Of a stretch of DNA of 64,000 bases, positions 34,862 through 43,478 are shown in pieces. How positions within the stretch are numbered: position 1 is the stretch's first letter; every line of letters begins with the position of its first letter. Under the pieces are notes generated by a model that made no database searches, had not been told where the DNA came from, and was given only the letters and a program-made list of their open reading frames with translations. Both the position numbers and the translations under genes were made by a program. The stretch is from Candidatus Dormiibacterota bacterium (GTDB lineage: Bacteria > Chloroflexota > Dormibacteria > Aeolococcales > Aeolococcaceae): assembly GCA_963777445.1 (NCBI GenBank), contig CAVZQR010000017.1, forward strand, positions 197,226 through 261,225. The letters are read 5' to 3'.

Positions 34862-37405
34862 TTATTCCGTGGGAGGTGCGCTCGGCGGACCGGCCGCCGC
34901 GCCGGCGACCGCCTCGGCCTTTTCCTTCTTCTCGCGGCGGGGGCCCTTGGGCACGAGGCGCATCTTGACCTCGTCTTCCACCACCTCGACGATCACCGCA
35001 TCACCCGGACCGTGCTTGAGGCGGAGCAACTCCTCGCTCAACGGGTCCTCGATGACGCGCTGGATCACACGCCGCAGTGGACGGGCGCCGTAGATCTTGT
35101 CGAAGCCCTCGGTGACGAGCTTCTCCTTGGCGTCGTCCGAGACGGTGAAGGTCAACTCCTGCGCGGCCAGGTGCATCGCGACCTTGGCGAGCAGCAGATC
35201 GACGATCTGGCGCATCTGCGGATGGTCCAGGCGCTGGAAGACGACCACGGCGTCCACACGGTTGAGGAACTCTGGACGGAACTGCTTCTTGAGCTCGTCC
35301 ATGATGCTGTCGCGCATCTTGCCGTGCTCCGACGACGACGCCCGCTCATCCGGAACCGCCGGCTGGAAGCCGAGCGACATGTTGAGCTTCAAGCCGTGGA
35401 CGCCCAGGTTGCTGGTCATGATGATGATGGTGTTGGCGAAGTTGACCGCCTTGCCCTTGGCGTCGCTCAGGCGACCGTCCTCGAGGATCTGCAACAGCAT
35501 GTTGAAGACCTCGGGGTGCGCCTTCTCGATCTCGTCGAAGAGAACGACCGAGTACGGGCGCCGGCGCACGGCCTCGGTGAGCTGGCCACCCTCGTCGTAC
35601 CCGACGTAGCCGGGCGGCGACCCGACCAGCCGCGCGGTCGAGTGGCGCTCCATGAACTCGCTCATGTCGAGCCTGATGATCGCGTCCTCGTTGTCGAAGA
35701 GGAACGCTGCCAGCGCACGCGAGAGCTCGGTCTTGCCGACGCCGGTTGGGCCGAGGAACATGAACGAGCCGATCGGCCGCTTGGCGTCCTTGAGGCCTGC
35801 GCGCGCGCGGCGCACGGCCTGCGAGATGACCTTCACCGCGTCGTCCTGTCCGATGAGACGCTTGTGGATCTCCTCCTCCATCCGGAGCAGGCGCGAGGTC
35901 TCCTCTTCCACGAGGCGCGAGACCGGGACACCGGTCCACGACGAGATGATCTCCGCGATGTGCTCCTCGGTCACGTCCGGGACGGTCGCGCCGAGCTCGT
36001 CACGCCACTTGGTCTCCTGCGAGACGTACTTGTCCTTGAGCTTCTTTTCCTTGTCGCGGAAGTTGGCCGCGGTCTCGTAGTCCTGCGCCGCGATCGCCTC
36101 TTCCTTCTGGGTCTGCAGCTCACGGATCTCACGCTGCATCGCCCGAAGCTCTTCGGGAGTGGTGGTGAGCTTCATGCGCACGCGCGCGCTCGCCTCATCG
36201 ATGAGGTCGATCGCCTTGTCCGGCAGCGAGCGGTCGCTGACGTAGCGCACCGACAACTCGGCGGCGGCCTTGAGCGCTTCGTCGGTGATCGTCACGCGAT
36301 GATGCTTCTCGTACAGCGGACGGATGCCGTGCAGGATCTCGATGGTCTCTGCGAGCGACGGCTCGTCGACGAACACCGGCTGGAAGCGCCGCTCGAGCGC
36401 CGCGTCCTTCTCGATGTACTTGCGATACTCATTGAGCGTTGTCGCGCCGATGCACTGAATCTCGCCGCGCGCAAGCGCGGGCTTGAGGATGTTCGCGGCA
36501 TCGATTGCGCCCTCGGCGGCGCCGGCGCCGACCAGCGTGTGCAACTCGTCGATGAAGAGGATCACCTCACGCGACGCGCGAATCTCGTCGAGGATCTTCT
36601 TCAAGCGTTCCTCGAACTCGCCGCGGTACTTGGTGCCCGCGACCAGCGCACCCATGTCGAGCGTGAGCACGCGCTTGCCCATCAGCGATTCGGGGATGTT
36701 GCCCAGGATGATCTGCTGTGCGAGCCCCTCGGCGATGGCGGTCTTGCCGACACCGGGCTCACCGATGAGCGCCGGGTTGTTCTTGGTGCGCCGGCTCAGG
36801 ATCTGCACGACCCGCTCGATCTCCATCGCACGTCCGATCACGGGGTCGAGCGAGTTCTTGATGGCGAGGTCGGTCAGGTCGCGGCAGAACTGGTCGAGCA
36901 GCGGCGTCTTGGAAGGCTTCTTCTGCGCTTCCTTCAACTCCTCGTCGATGCCCAACTCGTGGAGCAACTTGTCGATCTCGCCGCGAACCTTCTCGAGGTT
37001 GGCGCCGAGGTCCTCGAGGACGTGCGCGGCGATGCCCTCACCCTCGATGAGCAGCCCGAGCAGGAGATGTTCGGTGCCGACATAGTTGTTGCCCATGCGG
37101 CGCGCTTCTTCGAAGGAGATCTCGATGACCTTCTTGACGCGCGACGTCGGGATGATCTGCTGAATGATGATCCGCTCGTTGCGACCGAGCACCAACTCAA
37201 TCGTGCTGCGAACCTTGTTGATCTCGACGCCGAGATTGTTGAGGACCTTGGCGGCAAGACCCTCGCCTTCACGGAGCAAACCAAGCAGCAGGTGCTCTGT
37301 GCCGATGTACGAGTGATGCGAACGCTCAGCCTCCTCTTGCGCAAGCGTGAGCACCTTCTTCGCCCTTTCGGTGAAGCGCTCGAACGGGTACAAAACCGCC
37401 TCCAT
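34862..37405 (-). CDS. clpC: ATP-dependent Clp protease ATP-binding subunit ClpC
   Basis: FERFTERAKKVLTLAQEEAERSHHSYIGTEHLLLGLL (Clp_N repeats), two AAA+ modules (GEPGVGKTAIAEGLA; FLGPTGVGKTELSRALA) and a UVR-like linker. 847 aa. Confidence 0.95.
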   Translation of the reverse strand: MEAVLYPFERFTERAKKVLTLAQEEAERSHHSYIGTEHLLLGLLREGEGLAAKVLNNLGVEINKVRSTIELVLGRNERIIIQQIIPTSRVKKVIEISFEEARRMGNNYVGTEHLLLGLLIEGEGIAAHVLEDLGANLEKVRGEIDKLLHELGIDEELKEAQKKPSKTPLLDQFCRDLTDLAIKNSLDPVIGRAMEIERVVQILSRRTKNNPALIGEPGVGKTAIAEGLAQQIILGNIPESLMGKRVLTLDMGALVAGTKYRGEFEERLKKILDEIRASREVILFIDELHTLVGAGAAEGAIDAANILKPALARGEIQCIGATTLNEYRKYIEKDAALERRFQPVFVDEPSLAETIEILHGIRPLYEKHHRVTITDEALKAAAELSVRYVSDRSLPDKAIDLIDEASARVRMKLTTTPEELRAMQREIRELQTQKEEAIAAQDYETAANFRDKEKKLKDKYVSQETKWRDELGATVPDVTEEHIAEIISSWTGVPVSRLVEEETSRLLRMEEEIHKRLIGQDDAVKVISQAVRRARAGLKDAKRPIGSFMFLGPTGVGKTELSRALAAFLFDNEDAIIRLDMSEFMERHSTARLVGSPPGYVGYDEGGQLTEAVRRRPYSVVLFDEIEKAHPEVFNMLLQILEDGRLSDAKGKAVNFANTIIIMTSNLGVHGLKLNMSLGFQPAVPDERASSSEHGKMRDSIMDELKKQFRPEFLNRVDAVVVFQRLDHPQMRQIVDLLLAKVAMHLAAQELTFTVSDDAKEKLVTEGFDKIYGARPLRRVIQRVIEDPLSEELLRLKHGPGDAVIVEVVEDEVKMRLVPKGPRREKKEKAEAVAGAAAGPPSAPPTE

Positions 37406-37468
37406 TGCCCTTCCGGCCCCCCCGTGGATGGAAAGGGTCAGACGCCGGGCACTGCTCTAACGTCCCCC

Positions 37469-37499
37469 ATTATGCCCGGGTCGGTCGACAGCTAAGCAA
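37469..37499 (-). promoter_or_regulatory. Candidate sigma-70-type promoter upstream of clpC (weak call)
   Basis: On the minus strand there is TTGCTT (37499-37494), a 19-nt spacer, then CATAAT (37474-37469), about 64 nt upstream of the clpC ATG. The spacer is longer than optimal. Confidence 0.2.
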
Positions 37500-37584
37500 C
37501 TTTGTAAACACGGGCTGGTAGCTCCGTCGAAACGGCCCCGTCGCTGCGCACAACAGTCAAGGTCGCGAGCTTGGTACCCGCGCC

Positions 37585-39054
37585 CTACGCCTCCGGCTCG
37601 GTCGCCTCCGCGTCAGGGGTTTCGCCGGGCGCGTCGTCAGGCGCCTCCGCGTCGACGTCTGCAGCAGCGCCGGCGGGTTCCTCCGCATCGTCGGCGCCAG
37701 TGGCAGCCGCGGCCTCCTCGACCTCGGCCTCGAGCTCCGACTCACCGTTGCCCGCTTCATCTGCGGGGGTGTCTGCATCAGCCGGCGCGTTGCCGCCGTC
37801 ATCCGGCGCGCTGCCGTCGACGCTCGCGGGCGCGGTGCCCTCAACCCCGGCATCGGTGAGTGCCGCGGCCATCGGGGATGGGCCGTCGGCGGCATCACTG
37901 TCATCGTCGTCATCCTCTGGATAGTCATATGACGGTGGTGTGATCTCGTCACCCTCACCGGTCGGCCCGCCGCCGTGCAGCTGACGCAGGGAGAGGCTGA
38001 TGCGGCGGCGGACCTTGTCCGCGCTGAGCACCATGACCTCGACCTCCTCCCCAACCTTGAGGACGTCTTCGGTACGTTCGACGTGATCCCACGACAGCTC
38101 GCTGATGTGGAGCAGGCCCTCGACCCCGTCGGCGATCTGAAGGAATGCCCCGTACTTCTTGGTCTTGGTGACGATGCCGGGCACGGCCTTCCCCGGCGGG
38201 AACTGCTGCTCGATGGTGTCCCAGGGGTCCTGTGACATCTGGCGCAGCGAGAGGCTGATGCGCGACAGCTCGGGGTCGAGCTTGATGACCTTCACCGAAA
38301 GGTCGTCACCCACGGTCAGCACATCGCTCACATTGTTGATGCGATCCCAGGACAGCTCGCTGATGTGGATGAGGCCGTCGGCGCCACCGAGGTTCACGAA
38401 CGCACCGTAGGAGGTGACGCCGCTCACCTTGCCGGTGATGACGTCGCCGACCTTGAGCTTCTCGAACAGCTCCTCACGCTGGCGCGCGCGGTCCTCATCC
38501 TGGGCCGCGCGCTGCGACACGATGAGCCGGTTGCGCTTGCGGTTGACCTCGAGGATCTTGACCGGGATCTTGGTGCCGACCAGCTCCATGAGGTTGCCGC
38601 TGAACTGACGTGCCACCTGGCTGCTGGGCAGGAATCCGCGCAGACCCATGATGTTGACGATGAGCCCGCCCTTGTTCTGCTCGCGCACCTCGGCGTCGAG
38701 GATCTCGCCCTCGGACTCCTTCTCCGCGACGGCCTGCCAGATGCCTTCCGCCCGCGCCTTGCGCAGGCTCAGGACGACGTTGCCGTGCTCATCCTCGGGC
38801 TGGATGATGTAGACCTTGACCTGGTCACCGGAGTTGAGGGTGACCGGCTGCTCGCCGCGTGCGGACAGCTCGCGGTTGGAGATGATCCCCTCGCTCTTCG
38901 CGCCGATGTCGACGAGGACCTCGTCGGGATCGACGCGGACGACGACACCGTCCACGATGTCACCGTGGGCCAGGGCCCTGATCGAATTCTGGTCCTCCCG
39001 CAGGAGGTCCTCCATGGTGAGCGTCTCTGGCTCCTGGGCCGTCGTCGGGGTCAA
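37585..39054 (-). CDS. rpsA: 30S ribosomal protein S1 with long acidic C-terminal tail
   Basis: Four S1 domains (GDIVDGVVVRVDPDEVLVDIGAKSEGIISNREL; ...GEILDAEVREQNKGGLIVNIMGLRGFLPSS; ...GDVITGKVSGVTSYGAFVNLGGADGLIHISEL; ...GKAVPGIVTKTKKYGAFLQIADGVEGLLHISEL). TTG start at 39054 behind AAGGAG. An alternative ATG lies 13 codons downstream. Confidence 0.9.
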   Translation of the reverse strand: MTPTTAQEPETLTMEDLLREDQNSIRALAHGDIVDGVVVRVDPDEVLVDIGAKSEGIISNRELSARGEQPVTLNSGDQVKVYIIQPEDEHGNVVLSLRKARAEGIWQAVAEKESEGEILDAEVREQNKGGLIVNIMGLRGFLPSSQVARQFSGNLMELVGTKIPVKILEVNRKRNRLIVSQRAAQDEDRARQREELFEKLKVGDVITGKVSGVTSYGAFVNLGGADGLIHISELSWDRINNVSDVLTVGDDLSVKVIKLDPELSRISLSLRQMSQDPWDTIEQQFPPGKAVPGIVTKTKKYGAFLQIADGVEGLLHISELSWDHVERTEDVLKVGEEVEVMVLSADKVRRRISLSLRQLHGGGPTGEGDEITPPSYDYPEDDDDDSDAADGPSPMAAALTDAGVEGTAPASVDGSAPDDGGNAPADADTPADEAGNGESELEAEVEEAAAATGADDAEEPAGAAADVDAEAPDDAPGETPDAEATEPEA

Positions 39055-39304
39055 TGCTCTCCTTTGCTCGTACCTCCTGCCTTCAGAACAATCCGTCTCG
39101 CCGGTCAGGGATGCGGGCTTTCGCCTTCAAATGATCGTGTTTGGGGCGTGAATGGCGCGTTTGCGCCGATGCCATCACGATCTCGCCGAGTGTATCACCC
39201 GAGGCAGATCGAACCCTTTCGCCGATTCGTTGCACACCGTTGGCGTCGCCGCGACAGCGCCATCAGCGAGGCGTCGCAGCCGCCGTGCGACGCTGCGCCA
39301 CGCA

Positions 39305-39520
39305 ATGCGAGTGACCATCACCTGCGAGGAATGCGGCGAGCGCCACCGTCTCGAACGGCGTGTGACCGAGCCGGGTCCCATCTGGATCGTGTGCCACAAC
39401 TGCGAGCTCCCGCTGCAAGCGGTGCTCGACGGTGTGACATCCCCGACCACGGCTCCTGCAGCCCAGCCCTCCCGGACCCCGTCCGCGTGGGCGGGCGTCG
39501 TCGACTTCCGCGCCGTCTGA
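39305..39520 (+). CDS. Small zinc-ribbon-like protein (71 aa), hypothetical
   Basis: MRVTITCEECGERHRLERRVTEPGPIWIVCHNCELPLQAVLDG has two CxxC pairs. Third codon positions are strongly G/C-biased, like the surrounding genes. The upstream part of ORF 39152-39520 looks non-coding. Confidence 0.45.
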   Translation: MRVTITCEECGERHRLERRVTEPGPIWIVCHNCELPLQAVLDGVTSPTTAPAAQPSRTPSAWAGVVDFRAV

Positions 39521-39625
39521 GCGACGTCGCTCCTCCGGGAGCCCCGTCGCCGGCAGCTCGAGGAGGGGGCGGAGGGGACCGATCGGGGTGGTCCTGATGA
39601 CGGGACCTGAGCTACGCTAGCCGTC

Positions 39626-39937
39626 ATGGCGACCACCTCCGCGCCGACGCCCACCAAGGCTCCGGCTCCGGCCAAAGCACCGGGACGCCAGGAGCGCGAC
39701 CAGCGTGAGTTCGGTTGGAACGTGATGGTCTGGAACGATCCGATCACCCTGATGTCATACGTCGTGCTCGTGCTGCGCAAGCTCTTCGGCTACGACCATG
39801 CGACGGCGACCCGCCTGATGCTGCAGGTGCACAACGATGGCCGAGCCGTGGTTGCCACCCAGCCGCGGGAGCAGGCGGAGGTGTCGGTCGCCCAGCTGCA
39901 CTCGTTCGGGCTCCAGGCGACCCTGGGCCGTCCCTGA
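39626..39937 (+). CDS. clpS: ATP-dependent Clp protease adaptor ClpS
   Basis: WNVMVWNDPITLMSYVVLVLRKLFGYDHATATRLMLQVHNDGRAVVATQPREQAEVSVAQLHSFGLQATL is the canonical ClpS core. Confidence 0.9.
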   Translation: MATTSAPTPTKAPAPAKAPGRQERDQREFGWNVMVWNDPITLMSYVVLVLRKLFGYDHATATRLMLQVHNDGRAVVATQPREQAEVSVAQLHSFGLQATLGRP

Positions 39938-39956
39938 GCCGCCGGGGAGCTCGGTA

Positions 39957-40406
39957 ATGGCCCAGGTGCTCCGTCGCCGCGGGCGGATCCAGGTGAAGGT
40001 GGACAAGCGCGAACGTGAGGCGCTGATCGGCATCATCGATTCGCTGAGCCCGAGACTCGCCGCACCCCTGGCCACGGCCCCGCGCGCGTACGACGACGCC
40101 AAGCTCCAGGCCGAGTACGACCGCTGGGTGCGGCCGGACATCGAGAAGGGCCGCGAGGTGGACCTCACCATGGTCCGGGACGCGCTCAGCGGCGGCGAGG
40201 ACACCCTGCCGCTCACCGAGGCACAGACGCTCGCCTGGCTGCGCGCGTTCAACCACCTCCGGGTGGCCGCGGGCGAGATCCTCGGCATCGAGGGCGACGG
40301 CTGGGAGGACACGGCGACCGACGCGACCAAGCAGAAGCCCGAGTACGGGGTCCTCATCGCCCTGGGGTATCTCCAGGAGGAGTTGGTCGCAGCCCTCAAC
40401 TCGTAA
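39957..40406 (+). CDS. DUF2017 domain protein (conserved ClpS neighbour in actinobacteria)
   Basis: Starts at ATG 39957 behind GGGGAG. The sequence is MAQVLRRRGRIQVKVDKREREALIGIIDSL...LTEAQTLAWLRAFNHLRVAAG...YGVLIALGYLQEELVAAL. The position directly after clpS matches the known pairing. Confidence 0.75.
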   Translation: MAQVLRRRGRIQVKVDKREREALIGIIDSLSPRLAAPLATAPRAYDDAKLQAEYDRWVRPDIEKGREVDLTMVRDALSGGEDTLPLTEAQTLAWLRAFNHLRVAAGEILGIEGDGWEDTATDATKQKPEYGVLIALGYLQEELVAALNS

Positions 40407-41140
40407 GGCCGGCGTCGGGTTGATGGTGTCGCTCTCCCAGTGCACCGTCTGGTCGGGGCTCACTCGGAGTGCCTCCAGCCGGCCGTCGGCAAGCAATGCG
40501 GCGATGCACCTTGTACTGCCGGCGACGTAGGTGCTCATCAGGTCGATATCGGTAGCCACGCACCAGGTTCGGTCATCCGGCCACCACAGGCTCGCGCTTT
40601 CGGGCCATCCGCTTCCCGAGAATGCGGTCCCCGCGGCGCTCAGCGGGCCACGAAGCAGTGCCATCTTCCGCTGCGGCATCGCAATCAGCGGCAGCGTCTC
40701 GAGCCGAAAAGGAGCATTGCCGTATCCCTCCCACACGCCGAACCAGCATTCTGAGGGCGTTGTGGTGAAGCCGGCGAGCACGTCGGCGAGGCTCTTGGCG
40801 AGCCGGGGAGGCAGAGACCCTCTGGAGGGCGCGTGGTCCCAGACCCCCGGCTGACCGGCGTTTCGCCCGAACTTCCAGTCGCCCGTGATGGCGACCCACT
40901 CCATGGCCGCGTGGGCGATGCGACCGTTCGCGGCCGCAACCTGCGACCACGCAACGTCGACCGTGCCGCCGCCGGCGGCATCGCTCGACGCCGGGTGGAG
41001 GATTCGCGCGTACCCGTCGAAGGTCACCGGTACCAGTGATCCAACGCCTTTCCGAAGTCGCGCACGTTTTCGACGATCCACTCCGCGCTGCTCACGTCGC
41101 CAATCAGATGCAGGCCGTGGAAATCAAGCGACTCGGCCAT
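40396..41140 (-). CDS. Conserved hypothetical protein, one frame change near 41050; 3' end uncertain
   Basis: MAESLDFHGLHLIGDVSSAEWIVENVRDFGK (ORF 41024-41290 frame) joins GVGSLVPVTFDGYARILHPA...WFGVWEGYG...LWWPDDRTWCVATDIDLMSTYVAGS (ORF 39744-41081 frame). The second frame has no stop until 39744, running antisense through DUF2017 and clpS, so the real end, probably near 40400, is unclear. Confidence 0.5.
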
Positions 41141-41290
41141 CGGCGACAGTATGTGGCGGGGTTCGGCCGCCATCCCTTCCCTTTGATGACTCGGGAGCCT
41201 GATGATCGTGCGCGCGAGGACACAACTGGGGCATAGTGCCCCTGTCGAGAGCCTCACACCCTCGACGTTGGAGACGGAGGGCTTTCCCAC

Positions 41291-41842
41291 GTGACTGGCC
41301 GCAACTACCGCTGGATTTCGCTGATCGCGCTGCCGTTCGCAGCAACCCTCGCCGCCTGCGGGAGCTCAACGCCGGCCTCGTCTGGGGGCCCCGTTGCCAC
41401 GCCTTCCGCAACTGTCGCCGCCGCGACGCCGACCGTGGCGGCTGCAGCCGCCACGTGCCCCAGCGGTTCGAGCGTCGGATCCGCGCTCGGGATGACGCTC
41501 CCGGATGCCACAAATGTTGTCGGTGGCAGCACCGCAACGCTCCCAAGCGGGGCGACCGGCATCGTGTGCGATTACCACGGAACCACGGACAACGTGCTCA
41601 TCACCGCGCTCTACAACATCCCCGCTTCCTACATTTCGCAGTTCAGCAATCATTTCCCCGTGGCGTTCAAGACGGTCTCGGGGGTCGGCGATGTGGCTCG
41701 GTCCTTCTTCCAACCCCTCGGCGCTGGCAAGAACAACGAGGGCTTGGTCGCTGCCAAAGGGACGACGGTCATAGCGATCGTCGCAACGTACACGCCGGCG
41801 ACACTGAGTCAGCTCGAGGCTCTGGTCAACTCGCTGCTGTAG
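41291..41842 (+). CDS. Lipoprotein of unknown function
   Basis: Lipobox in MTGRNYRWISLIALPFAATLAACGSS, an Ala/Thr/Pro linker, then a small globular domain. 183 aa. Confidence 0.7.
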   Translation: MTGRNYRWISLIALPFAATLAACGSSTPASSGGPVATPSATVAAATPTVAAAAATCPSGSSVGSALGMTLPDATNVVGGSTATLPSGATGIVCDYHGTTDNVLITALYNIPASYISQFSNHFPVAFKTVSGVGDVARSFFQPLGAGKNNEGLVAAKGTTVIAIVATYTPATLSQLEALVNSLL

Positions 41843-42455
41843 CGGCAACTCGCGGCGGCGCACCACGCCGCCGTCGCTGTGGGAGCCGGCGCTCCACCGC
41901 GCCGATCACGCCGGCGACCGGCGGCAACCCCGCGAGCAGCCACGTCACCGCTGCGCACACCGCGCCGAGGGCGGCCCCGACGACCACGTCGCTCGCGTAG
42001 TGGACCCCGACATAGACGCAGCCGAATCCCACGACGACCGTCCCCACCACGAACACCAGTCCCACCCGCCGCCATGCCAGCACCCCGATCACACCCGCAA
42101 CCGCTGCGAATGCCGTGAGGCTGGAGGGAAAGGACGTGTTCGGGACATGCGGAAAGAGCGGCGCGAAGTGCAGCGCCACAAACGGCCGCGGCCGGTACGT
42201 CAGCGTCCCGGTTTCACGACACGCCCACTGCGTCAACCCAAGCCCCACGAGCGCCGCAACCCCCGGCCGCAACCGCCGGTCCCAAACCCACATCAGCAAG
42301 AACCCAACCGGACACAAAAGGATGAATCCCGCCGTCACCCAAACCACAACCGGCGTGACCCACGGATGCCCTACAGCAAAGCCGTGCAGCGCCTGTGATG
42401 AACCATCAATAAACGTAGTCATAACAACGCTGAACCCCATGAGGTGCGTGCCCAT
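41826..42455 (-). CDS. PAP2-family phosphatase (membrane)
   Basis: The three PAP2 motifs are recognisable: TYRPRPF, FPSSLTAF (PSGH-like) and CVYVGVHYASDVVVGAALG. Multi-TM. The 3' end overlaps the convergent lipoprotein gene by 17 nt. Confidence 0.8.
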   Translation of the reverse strand: MGTHLMGFSVVMTTFIDGSSQALHGFAVGHPWVTPVVVWVTAGFILLCPVGFLLMWVWDRRLRPGVAALVGLGLTQWACRETGTLTYRPRPFVALHFAPLFPHVPNTSFPSSLTAFAAVAGVIGVLAWRRVGLVFVVGTVVVGFGCVYVGVHYASDVVVGAALGAVCAAVTWLLAGLPPVAGVIGAVERRLPQRRRRGAPPRVAATAAS

Positions 42456-42525
42456 GGCTGTGAAGGAATGCTTGCCGGTCGAGTTCTGCCGTAACGAGGC
42501 CTGACACTAAGCAGCCTGCGGGTGG

Positions 42526-42584
42526 CACCGCGGGGGGCAGCGCCGACGCGCCCAAAAGCGCGGCGGCGAGGGGTCCCCGCGGTG
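42526..42584 (-). terminator. Long GC-rich hairpin downstream of nadC (terminator-like, no U-tract)
   Basis: CACCGCGGGG (42526-42535) pairs perfectly with CCCCGCGGTG (42575-42584). An inner stem CGCCGACGCGC/GCGCGGCGGCG (one mismatch) closes a CCAAAA loop. It lies 27 nt past the nadC stop. Confidence 0.3.
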
Positions 42585-42611
42585 ACAGGACCCGCTAACC
42601 ACTGCGCAGGG

Positions 42612-43478
42612 TCAGTACCGAGTGACCTTCATTGAGAAGTCCAGCGCCACCGCCGAGTGCGTCAACGCCCCAACACTGATGTAATCAGCCCCTGCGAGCG
42701 CGTACGCCCGGGCGTTGGTCACCTGCACGCCACCGCTCACCTCGACGGTTGCACGGCCGCGAATCAGCTGCATCGCCTCGCGGACCTGACCGCAGGAGAA
42801 GTTGTCGAGCAGGATGTGCGACGCCTTGTCGGTGAGCGCCTGCTCCAGCTCCTGGAGGTTGCTCACCTCGACGTGAATCTCCATCTCCGGATAGGCCTTG
42901 CGGGCCGCCCGCAGCGCCGGGGTGATCCCGCCGACGAGCGCGAGATGCGTGTCCTTGATGAGCACCGCGTCGTAGAGCCCCATCCGATGGTTCACGGCAC
43001 CGCCCATGCGGGTCGCGTACTTCTCGATGGCGCGCAGTCCCGGCGTGGTCTTGCGCGTGTCGAGGATCTTCGCCTTGGTGCCGTCGACCGCCTTGACGTA
43101 CTTGGCAGTGATGGTCGCGATGCCGCTGAGGTGCTGGAGGAAGTTGAGCCCAACCCGCTCCGCGGTCATCATGCCCCGAGCCGGGCCGAAGAGGCGCGCC
43201 ACGATCTGATCGGCCTGAACCTTCTCCCCATCCTTGGTCTTGGCATCGAACTGGATGCGCTCATCCACGCGCTGGAACACGCGCTGCGCGATGCTCAAGC
43301 CCGCGATCACGCCATCCTGCTTGCAGACGATCTTGCCCCGACAGGTCATGTCGGCAGGAATCACAGCCTGGGTGGTGACATCGCCAGCTCCGACGTCCTC
43401 GGCGAGCGCGGACTCGATGAGCAGGTCGATGCTCTCCGACGAAAGCGCCTCGGTGATGGGTCTAAAGGTGACGGTCAA
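42612..43478 (-). CDS. nadC: Nicotinate-nucleotide pyrophosphorylase (carboxylating)
   Basis: TTG start at 43478 behind AGGAG. The sequence is ...IDLLIESALAEDVGAGDVTTQAVIP...AERVGLNFLQHLSGIAT...ILDTRKTTPGLRAIEKYATRMGGAVNHRMGLYDAVLIKDTH...LDNF. The start overlaps the nadB stop by 17 nt. Confidence 0.9.
   Translation of the reverse strand: MTVTFRPITEALSSESIDLLIESALAEDVGAGDVTTQAVIPADMTCRGKIVCKQDGVIAGLSIAQRVFQRVDERIQFDAKTKDGEKVQADQIVARLFGPARGMMTAERVGLNFLQHLSGIATITAKYVKAVDGTKAKILDTRKTTPGLRAIEKYATRMGGAVNHRMGLYDAVLIKDTHLALVGGITPALRAARKAYPEMEIHVEVSNLQELEQALTDKASHILLDNFSCGQVREAMQLIRGRATVEVSGGVQVTNARAYALAGADYISVGALTHSAVALDFSMKVTRY

Noticed and set aside
35012-37495. 827-aa plus-strand ORF
   Set aside because: It is the exact antisense of clpC, with low-complexity Leu/Arg/Asp/Glu/Val content. 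It is a mirror-frame artefact.
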